Shown here piece after piece: positions 52,215-60,950 of a stretch of 64,000 nt of DNA. How positions within the stretch are numbered: position 1 is the stretch's first letter; each line of letters starts with the position of its first letter. The notes under the pieces were generated by a model, which was given only the letters and a program-made list of their open reading frames with translations, searched no databases and was not told the DNA's origin. Both the position numbers and the translations under genes were made by a program. The DNA lies in the NCBI GenBank assembly GCA_963674705.1, contig OY771506.1, positions 2,624,001-2,688,000 of the forward strand, written 5' to 3'. Origin of the DNA: Phycisphaeraceae bacterium. Lineage in GTDB: Bacteria > Planctomycetota > Phycisphaerae > Phycisphaerales > Phycisphaeraceae.

Positions 52215-53947
52215 AAGAGCCACGCGTCCGTCATTATGTTGCATTTGGTGCGTGCTTCGCCGTGCTGGCTTTGTTCCTGCTTTGGCCTATCAGTTTGACG
52301 GTGATCGGCGCATTCAAGAATAAGGATGGCAGTTGGACGCTGTTGCATCTGTATCGCATCATCGAAGACCCGATCTTGCGTGAGGGTGTGGTCAATAGTT
52401 TCATCATCGCGTTCTGGGTGACGGGATTGAGCATCCTGATTGCCGGGCCTTTGGCGTGGTTAAGCGCGCGATATGAATTCCCGGGTAAGAAGCTGCTGAC
52501 GGGATTGGTGTTGTTGCCGTTGGTGTTGCCGCCGTTTGTTGGTGTGATCGGTTTGCAGAATATCCTAGGCCGATACGGCGCGATGAACGCGCTGTTGGTG
52601 AACCTCGGCATCATTGACTGGAATAACCCGATCGATGTGTTCGGCAACGCGCGGTTGACGGGCGTGATAATTGTCGAAGCACTGCACCTGTTCCCGATCA
52701 TCTACCTGAACCTGATCGCAGCGATTGCGAACCTCGATCCGTCTATTGAAGAGGCGGCGATCAACCTGAACGCCAGCCGATGGATGCGGTTCCGCAGGAT
52801 CATTTTCCCCCTTATTTTGCCGGGTATTTTCGCTGGCGGGACGATCGTATTCATCTGGAGCTTTACTGAGCTGGGCACGCCGCTCATGTTCGGGTTCAAC
52901 CGTGTCACGGCGGTGCAGGTGTTCTACGGCGTGCAGGAAATGGAAACGAGCCAACGGCCTTACGCGTTGGTTTTTGTCATGCTGACGATGGCGGTGCTGA
53001 CGTACTGGGTCGGCAAGATCCTGTTGGGTCGGCAGACGCACACGACGACGACACGCGCAATGCGTGCGGCGACGCCGATGAAACTGAGCGGCCCCGCGAC
53101 GCTTGGGGCGTTTGGGTTGTTCCTGTTTGTCGGTGTGTTGGCGCTATTGCCGCATGTTGGTGTGGTGTTGACGGCGTTCAGCCCGCCGGGCGGTTGGTAT
53201 CAATCGGTGTTGCCCGAGGGGATGACGATCGATCACTTCACGCGCGCGATGACGCACCCGCTTGCCGCGGCGTCGATCCAGAACAGCTTGAAGTACGCGA
53301 TCATTGCGACGCTGCTGGCGATGGTGCTCGGTGTGTCGATCGGGTATTTGAACACACGGTTCAAGCTTAAAGGCCGGTGGCTGTTGGATGGTCTTGGCAT
53401 GATGCCGCTGGCGGTGCCGGGCATCGTGATGGCGTTCGGGTATATCGCGGTGTCGATCGAGTTGCAGAAGTGGTTGCCTGACGGTTCGGTGCCTTCTCTA
53501 TTGCAGGTGTTGGGGGAGAATGCTGACCCGACAGCGTTTTTGGTGATCGCGTACATGATCCGTCGTTTGCCTTACGTGTTACGTTCGGCGGTGGCGGGCA
53601 TGGAACAGGTGCCGATCGAGTTGGAAGATGCGGCGTCGGTGTTCGGTTCGAGCTGGATCGCGACGATGCGAAAGATCGTGATCCCGCTGGTGTCTGCGAA
53701 CCTGCTGGCCGGGGGCGTGCTGGCATTTAGCTTCGCGATGCTGGAAGTGTCGGATTCGTTATTGCTTGCTCAAAGCGAACAGTACTTCCCGGTGACGAAG
53801 ACGATTTACACATTATTCGAACGGTTAGGTGATGGTCCGCAGGTCGCAAGCGCGTTGGGCGTCTGGAGTATGGGATTGCTCGGACTGACGCTGATTTATG
53901 TGTCGCTGATCTTTGGGAAGAAGGTCGGTTCGATATTCAGGGTGTGA
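52211..53947 (+). CDS. ABC transporter permease (FbpB-like, fused double domain)
   Basis: LPPFVG and two EAA loops (EEAAINL, EDAASVFG). TTG start overlaps the upstream stop. Confidence 0.93.
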   Translation: MKEPRVRHYVAFGACFAVLALFLLWPISLTVIGAFKNKDGSWTLLHLYRIIEDPILREGVVNSFIIAFWVTGLSILIAGPLAWLSARYEFPGKKLLTGLVLLPLVLPPFVGVIGLQNILGRYGAMNALLVNLGIIDWNNPIDVFGNARLTGVIIVEALHLFPIIYLNLIAAIANLDPSIEEAAINLNASRWMRFRRIIFPLILPGIFAGGTIVFIWSFTELGTPLMFGFNRVTAVQVFYGVQEMETSQRPYALVFVMLTMAVLTYWVGKILLGRQTHTTTTRAMRAATPMKLSGPATLGAFGLFLFVGVLALLPHVGVVLTAFSPPGGWYQSVLPEGMTIDHFTRAMTHPLAAASIQNSLKYAIIATLLAMVLGVSIGYLNTRFKLKGRWLLDGLGMMPLAVPGIVMAFGYIAVSIELQKWLPDGSVPSLLQVLGENADPTAFLVIAYMIRRLPYVLRSAVAGMEQVPIELEDAASVFGSSWIATMRKIVIPLVSANLLAGGVLAFSFAMLEVSDSLLLAQSEQYFPVTKTIYTLFERLGDGPQVASALGVWSMGLLGLTLIYVSLIFGKKVGSIFRV

Positions 53948-54113
53948 GGGAAGCCGTTAGCCGTTAGCAAAGAAGATGCGCTAAGCCGCAAGCGGCTTGT
54001 TTATGAGTGTATCGTCAGTGGTGGAGAAGATACCCGGACCTTCGCTGCGCTCAGGACCGGCGTTGGGTTGGATGACTACCGTCATCGAATTAATAAGCTT
54101 CAATCCCCAATCC

Positions 54114-54989
54114 CTACTCATAACCAAGTTTTGTGGGCAGGTTGCTGGCGGCGGCTTGGTAGGTGGCTATGTTGGAGTCGTCGAAGTGGTTTTGCCAGTC
54201 GCCGATGACACCTTTGCGGAAGAAGGATGCTTTGTCTTCTTCGCCGCGGGTTCTGCCTTCGGTGAGTTTCTTGAAGCTGCCGGCTTCGAGGCATTTTTCT
54301 ACTGTATCTTCACTGTCGTCCATCCCTAGGAAAGTCAGCATCGCGTGCGTCTGGTTGATGGGATCGGTGTGTAAATCTTCGTAGCGAAGTTCGTGGTATT
54401 GCTCGGGGTGTTGTTGGCCGAATTGCTGCGCATGTTGGATGTAGGGAAGCCAATGCTGTGTGACGGTGTATTGGATGTAGGTGTTGAGGTTGGGGAAGTT
54501 TTTAAGGAAGCTGGGTTTGGCCTGGCGCTGGTTGTGGAACCAGCCGGAGACGCAGACATCGCGGCCGTCACGTGTGATGTGGATGAACTTCGCGTTGGGG
54601 AAGCATTCGTAAAGCGGGTTCATGCACAGCGCGTGTTCAGGTGTTTTTTCGCCGATGGCTTTGACTTCATCGTCGCCGACCCAGCGTTTGAAGCTCAGGC
54701 CGACCGCGGTGCGGAGTAGTTCACGCAGGTCATCGTTGTTGAATAAGCCTTGCTCACCGGCTTTTTGTTTCTGGTTATACGCTTGAACGACTTGTTGCAA
54801 CAGCGGCATCATGACGGGGCCGAAGTAGGCTTCGCCGTGGCACCGGATGTCGGGGTGGCCGTTAAGTAGGCGCTGCACCCAGGTCGTGCCGGACTTCTGG
54901 CAGCCGACAATGAAGAATATCTGCTTGTTGAGCAGCTCGTCGATGCGCTTGAGTGTAGATGGTTTGTCGGGTGCGATGGTAGAAGTCAT
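54114..54989 (-). CDS. Sulfotransferase family protein
   Basis: GCQKSGTTW 5'-PSB loop, GEKTP, RDGRDVCVS 3'-PB, RYEDL and FRKGVIGDW. Confidence 0.93.
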   Translation of the reverse strand: MTSTIAPDKPSTLKRIDELLNKQIFFIVGCQKSGTTWVQRLLNGHPDIRCHGEAYFGPVMMPLLQQVVQAYNQKQKAGEQGLFNNDDLRELLRTAVGLSFKRWVGDDEVKAIGEKTPEHALCMNPLYECFPNAKFIHITRDGRDVCVSGWFHNQRQAKPSFLKNFPNLNTYIQYTVTQHWLPYIQHAQQFGQQHPEQYHELRYEDLHTDPINQTHAMLTFLGMDDSEDTVEKCLEAGSFKKLTEGRTRGEEDKASFFRKGVIGDWQNHFDDSNIATYQAAASNLPTKLGYE

Positions 54990-55807
54990 ACGGCAGTGCT
55001 TTCCTGCACTCTGGGCAATGTGATTTTAGGTTTCAAAGTAGGGGACTTCTGAGGCTTTCCCAGGCAGTACCTGTATTCCGGTTTGTGTTTGTGCAGGAAC
55101 AGGTCATCGATCACACGGTGCATGTATTCCAGGTCGTATTCTGCAAACAGCGACTTCTTCTCCCGACCCGCGCTGCGCACTTTAAAAGTTTGTGGATCAT
55201 TGGGATCGATCGGCGCGATGACCGTGCCGGCATATTCAGGCGTTATTGAAAGACGTTTCATGTTCTCGAAGCCGGCGTCTTCGACGACTTGCTCGAGCAG
55301 GTTTTCATCGACGCGCAGGTCAAGTGATTCGATGACGCGGGTAAAAACGGTTTTGGGGTTTTCGAGCAGTTCTTCGTAGGCGAACACATCGCATCTGGCA
55401 ATATCAGGGCGGATATATTCCAGGATGTTGTAGAAGGTGACGAGTTTGATGATGCCGAATCGTGGGTCGCGAAGGAAGTCGCTGGGGGTTCCTCGAAAGA
55501 CCTTGATACGGTCGCGTGCCTGGAAGTACGCACTGGTGAGTGTCGACTGGAAGTTACGGGTCAGGATCAACCATGGCACGCGTTGCATGGATTCACCCAA
55601 CCGCCAGCCGCCCATGGCCCAATAGGGCAAGCAATCGATCATGGCTCCCGAAAGGTGCGTCCACTCGATCGGATGAACCTTCTTCAGTTGATTTTCGGCT
55701 TCAAATACGTTCGAGCAGTTCAGATCAAAAACCCGGCACAGGTAGCTGTCGACCATGAATCGCAGCCAAGTTCGGCCTGACTTCGGGTAAGAGAGAATGA
55801 TGTGCAT
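54986..55807 (-). CDS. Sulfotransferase domain protein
   Basis: SYPKSGRTW, R..S.YF, YEEL, FENMK and KVR. Alternative start at 55840. Overlaps the next gene by 4 nt. Confidence 0.88.
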   Translation of the reverse strand: MHIILSYPKSGRTWLRFMVDSYLCRVFDLNCSNVFEAENQLKKVHPIEWTHLSGAMIDCLPYWAMGGWRLGESMQRVPWLILTRNFQSTLTSAYFQARDRIKVFRGTPSDFLRDPRFGIIKLVTFYNILEYIRPDIARCDVFAYEELLENPKTVFTRVIESLDLRVDENLLEQVVEDAGFENMKRLSITPEYAGTVIAPIDPNDPQTFKVRSAGREKKSLFAEYDLEYMHRVIDDLFLHKHKPEYRYCLGKPQKSPTLKPKITLPRVQESTAV

Positions 55808-55926
55808 AGGGCGACTCTGTGGGTTTGAGGGATAGTGCATTATTGTTATCGGTCATGCGGCGGGCGTCCGGTGAAAATCGATGTGTCTTGTAAGTCTTTT
55901 ATATGTTAGAGTTAAGGTGTTTTAGT

Positions 55927-55967
55927 AAAATCACCTCCGGCAGAGTGTTAGCATTCTGCCGGAGGTG
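55927..55967 (-). terminator. Rho-independent terminator
   Basis: CACCTCCGGCAGA/TCTGCCGGAGGTG stem plus U-tract. Confidence 0.75.
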
Positions 55968-56009
55968 TGTCGGTGGATAATCAGTTTTTATCGCGGCTGA
56001 ATAATCCGC

Positions 56010-56552
56010 TTAATCGAGCATGGATGAGAACGCTGCCAGGTGGTTGTATGAGCCGTTGAGCAGGTTTGTGTAGACACGTTTGATGTCGGATTTGGTGGTT
56101 TCCGCGATGAGGATTTTCAGGTCGTCGATGTCGAGTTCTTCGATGGCGACGCCGACCTTGTAGGCTTCTTCGACGGATTGGTTGCCTTGTGCGACGAGTT
56201 GATCGAACAGTTCGGTGAAGACGGGATCGGTGAATTCACCGATGCCGTTGCCCGCAGCGGGGTCCGCCAGGCCGTACTTATCCAGCAGGTTCTTGACGGC
56301 GTCCATGTGGCGCTGTTCGGAAGCGGCGATGTTGTCGAAGATCAGCTGGTTCCATTTTTCGCCGAGTGTGAGGTAGACATCGCGGGCCAGTTTTTCCTCC
56401 TCGCGCATCGCCAGCAGGCCGGCGGTTTCGGCGTCGGTGAGGGCTGGGGTGCTGCCGCTACCGCCACCACCGCGTTTCTTTGCGGCTTCGGTGAAGGTAG
56501 ACATGCTGGCGATCACGACGACGATCAGAGCGAGGTAACCCAGACGTTTCAT
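56010..56552 (-). CDS. DUF2202 ferritin-like secreted protein
   Basis: MREEEKLARDVY, FDNIAASEQRH, IEELDIDDL and GSYNHL. Confidence 0.92.
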   Translation of the reverse strand: MKRLGYLALIVVVIASMSTFTEAAKKRGGGGSGSTPALTDAETAGLLAMREEEKLARDVYLTLGEKWNQLIFDNIAASEQRHMDAVKNLLDKYGLADPAAGNGIGEFTDPVFTELFDQLVAQGNQSVEEAYKVGVAIEELDIDDLKILIAETTKSDIKRVYTNLLNGSYNHLAAFSSMLD

Positions 56553-56755
56553 TACTGCATCTCCTTGATATTGTTGTGTTAACAGCGATCAAGCCCATCG
56601 GTTTTGAGCCTGGAGAAGCGGTGTCTTCTCATTGGTTGATACGACTGGCTAGGGTTTTCCCTGCTGTGGTATTTAGAATATTTTTAAGTTTTGGATTTTT
56701 GACCAGTGGTGGCTGGATCAGGTTGGGAAGTGGGGGGGGCGAAGTGCGCAAATAG

Positions 56756-56782
56756 AAACGGCGACCGTTTCCGGCCGCCGTT
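56756..56782 (-). terminator. Terminator downstream of flagellin
   Basis: AACGGCG.CCG/CGGCCGCCGTT hairpin. Confidence 0.6.
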
Positions 56783-56841
56783 CCGCATCAGTGATCGGAT
56801 GCCCCGCGTGTTTCGAGGCGTCCTACGATCTGTTTACTCGG

Positions 56842-58362
56842 TTACCCGAGCAAGGAGAGTACTGACTGTGGTTGACTGTTGGAGATACTCAAGACATTGG
56901 TTGCCGCATTGACCAGGATCTGGCTGCGAGTCAGTTCCGCCGTCTCTGAGGCGAAGTCGGTGTCGCGGATCGAACTTTCAGCGGCGCTGGTGTTCTCAAG
57001 GGCGACGCCCAGTGAGTTGATGGTTGCGCCGATGACGTTCTTCTGGAACGCACCGAGTCGTCCACGCAGGCTAGAGACCTGAGTGATTGCATCATTGATG
57101 ATCTTCTGACCCAGTTCGAGGTTGCCGTCCACGACGTTGGCGGTCTTGGAGGAGCCGAGATCGTCGAGGTAACCATTTTCCAGTGAGCCGAGGTTACGCG
57201 ATGCGACATTTTCGATGCCGATGCTGACCTGGTTCTGGATATCGACGTTGGGGCCGAGGTTGAACTTGGCGCCGCCGCCGGTGATGGTCATGGCGCTGAT
57301 TGAACCGAGCGTTTGTGCGCCGGTTGTGGTCAGATCGAGTTCGACATCGAGGAAGTCGGAGACGATCCGAGCGGTCTTGCCATCCGAGGTAGCGGCGATG
57401 CCGTTGATGATAGCGCCGACGTCCTGTCCGTCGTCACGCTTGCCGCCGTCACCCAGGTCACGGACTGCCGTGATTGTCTGGATGTTGGAAGCAACGGTGC
57501 TGAACGTGTTCTCGTCCGTTGCCGACATGGTCGTGAAGCTACCGGCCTGGCCGGCATCATCCTTGACGACGATGCTGACGAACTGGTCGGAGCCGAACTC
57601 CGTGCTCTTGAAGACGATGGCACTGGTCTGCGGTGCTGCGGCGGAGACACCCGTGATGGAACTGAACGTGTTGATCGCGGCGACGATGTCAGCCATCGTG
57701 GTACCGGATGCAAACGTGAATTCGCGGGATCCGAGAGCGCCGGTGATCTCGAACTGGAACTGCGCGGTGGACGCGGACAGGTCCAGGGCGGTGCCGCCGG
57801 TTGAGAGCACGAGTGCGGCGTGCTGCGCCGAGTTGGTCACGAGCACTTCGACGTCGCGGTGATCGCTGCCTTCAAGTTTGGCGGCATTGATCTGGAAGTC
57901 CGCAACGGATGTTGACTGTCCGGAGACAGTAAAGTCGAAGGTTCCGTTAAGCAGCTTGGTGCCTTGGAAGCTTGTGGCCGAGGAGATCCGGTCGATCGTC
58001 TGGAGGATCGAGTCGATCTCCAGCTGATTGGCCTTTTTCTCTTCATCACTGAGACCGGCGTCGTTGGCCGAAGCGCCGACGAGGCTCTGGATCTGCAGCA
58101 GCAGAGAGTTGATTTCCTGCAGGCCACCTTCGGCGATGTTGATCACCTGGTCAGCGCGTTCGGCGTTATCGATGGCTGCGGTGATGGACGCCTCTTCCGA
58201 TCGCAGGTTTTCACTGGCGATCAGGCCGGCCGGGTCATCGGCGCCGCGGTTGATGCGGAAGCCGGTGCTCAGCCGTTCGAGCGACGTGCTAAGAGAGTTG
58301 TTTTGCTGGGTCAGGATTCTCTGAGCCAGCAGTGAGTTAACGTTTGTGTTGATACGACTCAT
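56842..58362 (-). CDS. fliC: Flagellin
   Basis: MSRINTNV, ERLSTGFRIN...DDPAGL, RGRLGAFQ and S.IRDTDFA.E. Confidence 0.97.
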   Translation of the reverse strand: MSRINTNVNSLLAQRILTQQNNSLSTSLERLSTGFRINRGADDPAGLIASENLRSEEASITAAIDNAERADQVINIAEGGLQEINSLLLQIQSLVGASANDAGLSDEEKKANQLEIDSILQTIDRISSATSFQGTKLLNGTFDFTVSGQSTSVADFQINAAKLEGSDHRDVEVLVTNSAQHAALVLSTGGTALDLSASTAQFQFEITGALGSREFTFASGTTMADIVAAINTFSSITGVSAAAPQTSAIVFKSTEFGSDQFVSIVVKDDAGQAGSFTTMSATDENTFSTVASNIQTITAVRDLGDGGKRDDGQDVGAIINGIAATSDGKTARIVSDFLDVELDLTTTGAQTLGSISAMTITGGGAKFNLGPNVDIQNQVSIGIENVASRNLGSLENGYLDDLGSSKTANVVDGNLELGQKIINDAITQVSSLRGRLGAFQKNVIGATINSLGVALENTSAAESSIRDTDFASETAELTRSQILVNAATNVLSISNSQPQSVLSLLG

Positions 58363-58574
58363 GGTGTCGATCCTCCGTGAAACACGCGGTTCTGTGGTTC
58401 ACCCTTAATCGGGCGCCTGGCTCCTGCCTGGTTACGGTCACAGATCTCCGATCCGATGTGATGCTTTTTTGAACGTGGGTAACAACGCGTTACCCGGTAC
58501 TTTTTTTAACTTGTTGTTCAATGCTTTTGACAGATTTTGTTTTTTATGTCATCTGCTCATGTCACCGCTCCTTT

Positions 58575-58588
58575 CTCCATCCTTGGAG
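58575..58588 (-). promoter_or_regulatory. CsrA/RsmA-type GGA hairpin in the flagellin leader
   Basis: CTCCA-AGGA-TGGAG on the minus strand. Confidence 0.6.
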
Positions 58589-58995
58589 CACGGGAGCCGG
58601 GCGGTGGTCTACCACCCGAATGGATCGTGGGGCTGTCTCGCTTGGCCGACCCTGGCCCTCGATGCAGCCCCGATGCCTGACCAAATTCGGCGGGCCGGGT
58701 CCGCTTTCGCCACCCGGTTATCGAACTTGTCTTATCGGAACAGCGGTCCATTGCGTTCTCCGTTCGCATCCGGGCAGAGGTTTTTGACCCTGCCCGTGCA
58801 ACCGGAGTGATCGTCATAACCGGAACACGGCTTAAGCGCCTCATAATCGGAATAATCGGCCCGCCGATAATCTGTGGTGTGGCGCGCACCAAACCGTGAA
58901 AAGGGGTCCAAAAAAATCGTGATTATTTCGGGCAAAGACGCTGAAGACAGGCTGTCTACGGTAAAGACAGGGCGGCGCGCCGGGTTGAAGCGCGC

Positions 58996-59031
58996 AAAAA
59001 AAAGCGGTGACCGAGTTCACGGCCACCGCTT
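58996..59031 (-). terminator. Rho-independent terminator of the upstream flagellin
   Basis: AAGCGGTG.CCG/CGGCCACCGCTT stem followed by a U8 tract. Confidence 0.8.
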
Positions 59032-59065
59032 GGAGTTTTGTTTATACGGACCTTACTTCGTTTAC

Positions 59066-60589
59066 TTACCCGATCAGGGCCAGCACGTTCTGGGGTCGGC
59101 TGTTGGCGATCGCCAAACTGTTGGTCGCCGCGTTCACCAGGATCTGGTTCCTTGTCAGGGTTGCGGTTTCCGCTGCGAAGTCGGTATCGCGGATGGCACT
59201 TTCTGCCGCGGTCATGTTCTCCAACGCGATGTTCAGAGAGTTGATCGTCGATCCGACCACGTTCTTCTGGAACGAACCGAGTTTGCCGCGGAGGCTCGAA
59301 ACTTCGTCGATGGCGTTGTTGATGATCCGCTGGCTGATGCTCAGGTCACCGTCATCAAGGTCAAAGAGCTTGCCGGAGCCGAGGTCGTCGAGGTTATAGG
59401 ACACACCGCTGACGTATTCACCGCCGAGGTTGCGGGTGGCGACGTTGCCGATGCCCAGACGTGTCTGGTTGGCGATGTCGACTCGAGGTCCGATATTGAA
59501 TTCGGCGCCGCCGCCGGTGATCGTAAAGGCGCTGATGCTGGCGATGGCTTGTGCGGCACCAGAGTTCAGCATGATGGTGGCGTTGAGGCCTTCGGTATTA
59601 ACCGCGAGTTTCAGGCCGTTGCCTGCGGCGGTGTTGCCGTTGATGGTGGCGGCCACGTCCTGGCCGTCGTCACGGATTGCACCATTGGCTGCGGCGAAGG
59701 TGGTATAGCTTGCGGCTTCGGTGGACACGGTGCTCTCATCGGAAGCCGAGGAGAAGTACACACCGGTGTTACCGGCCAGGCCCGGTGCCGCGTCAACATC
59801 GACCGACACGAAGGCGTCTGAACCGAATGCCGTACTCTTAAGCTGCACACCGGTGGTGCCGTCGGACGCCGAGACGCCTGTTACGCCCTTGAAGGCATTG
59901 ATGGCGGTCACCATGTCGGCCACCGTGGCGCCTGAGGCGAAGCTGAACTGGCGTGAGCCCAGCGTGCCGGCGACTTCGAAGGTTAGCCTGCTGTCGGCAT
60001 CGTCATCGAGTTCCAGGGCGCCGGCGGTCGACAGGAAGATCGAACCACGCTGGGCGGACTGGGTTACGAGGACGGACACGTCGGTGTTGGTGCCGTCGGT
60101 GAACTTGGCCGCATCGACCTGTACGTCCAGGACGGTGGTCGCCTGGCCGGAGATCTGGAAGTCGAACGAGCCGTTGAGCAGCTTGGTGCCCTGGAAGCTC
60201 GTGGTCGACGCGATACGGTCGATGGTCTGCAGGATCTGGTCGACCTGCAATTGGTTGGCTTTGCGCTCTTCTTCGCTCAGGCCCGCGTCGTTGGCACTGG
60301 AGGTGACCAGGCTCTGGACTTCCAGAAGCAGGTTCTGGACTTCCTGCAGGCCGCCTTCAGCGACGTTGACGACCTGTTCAGCACGCTCGGCGTTGCCGAT
60401 GGCGGCTTCGAGAGTCACTTTTTCTGAGCGCAGTTTTTCACTGGCGATCAGGCCAGCCGGATCATCGCTACCTCGATTGATCCGGTAACCCGTGCTCAGC
60501 CGCTCCAGCGACTTGGTCAGGCCTTGATTCTGTTGGCCCAGGATGCGTTGGGCGATCAGCGAGTTAACATTGGTGTTGATCCGACTCAT
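59066..60589 (-). CDS. fliC: Flagellin (paralog)
   Basis: Same conserved N- and C-terminal flagellin motifs; divergent central region. Confidence 0.97.
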   Translation of the reverse strand: MSRINTNVNSLIAQRILGQQNQGLTKSLERLSTGYRINRGSDDPAGLIASEKLRSEKVTLEAAIGNAERAEQVVNVAEGGLQEVQNLLLEVQSLVTSSANDAGLSEEERKANQLQVDQILQTIDRIASTTSFQGTKLLNGSFDFQISGQATTVLDVQVDAAKFTDGTNTDVSVLVTQSAQRGSIFLSTAGALELDDDADSRLTFEVAGTLGSRQFSFASGATVADMVTAINAFKGVTGVSASDGTTGVQLKSTAFGSDAFVSVDVDAAPGLAGNTGVYFSSASDESTVSTEAASYTTFAAANGAIRDDGQDVAATINGNTAAGNGLKLAVNTEGLNATIMLNSGAAQAIASISAFTITGGGAEFNIGPRVDIANQTRLGIGNVATRNLGGEYVSGVSYNLDDLGSGKLFDLDDGDLSISQRIINNAIDEVSSLRGKLGSFQKNVVGSTINSLNIALENMTAAESAIRDTDFAAETATLTRNQILVNAATNSLAIANSRPQNVLALIG

Positions 60590-60950
60590 TTCTCCGGTCC
60601 TCCAGTGGTGCCTTTCAGGCTTCGTTCCAGGGGGACTGACTCGGCCACGTGCCGTGTCAATTGGGTCCTGCTGGTCGACCCTGGATTGCCCACCGATTCA
60701 CTTTTATGTGCCCACGTATCATGGGACGACAGGACCAGACATCGACCCGAGATGTCCGAATCATCAGCTTCTGCATTCATGTTGGGTATTATTTGCCGAT
60801 CATGCGACCGACCAGACGGCACAATCGGTACAGCCGGACCATCGATTGGCCCCTATGAGCCTTGACAGGCGGACGAGGCCAATCCTGGAAAAGCAAGGGA
60901 TTCTACGGATTAGTGATAACAAGGTATGTGCGGTTTGACGTTTAGTCTGG

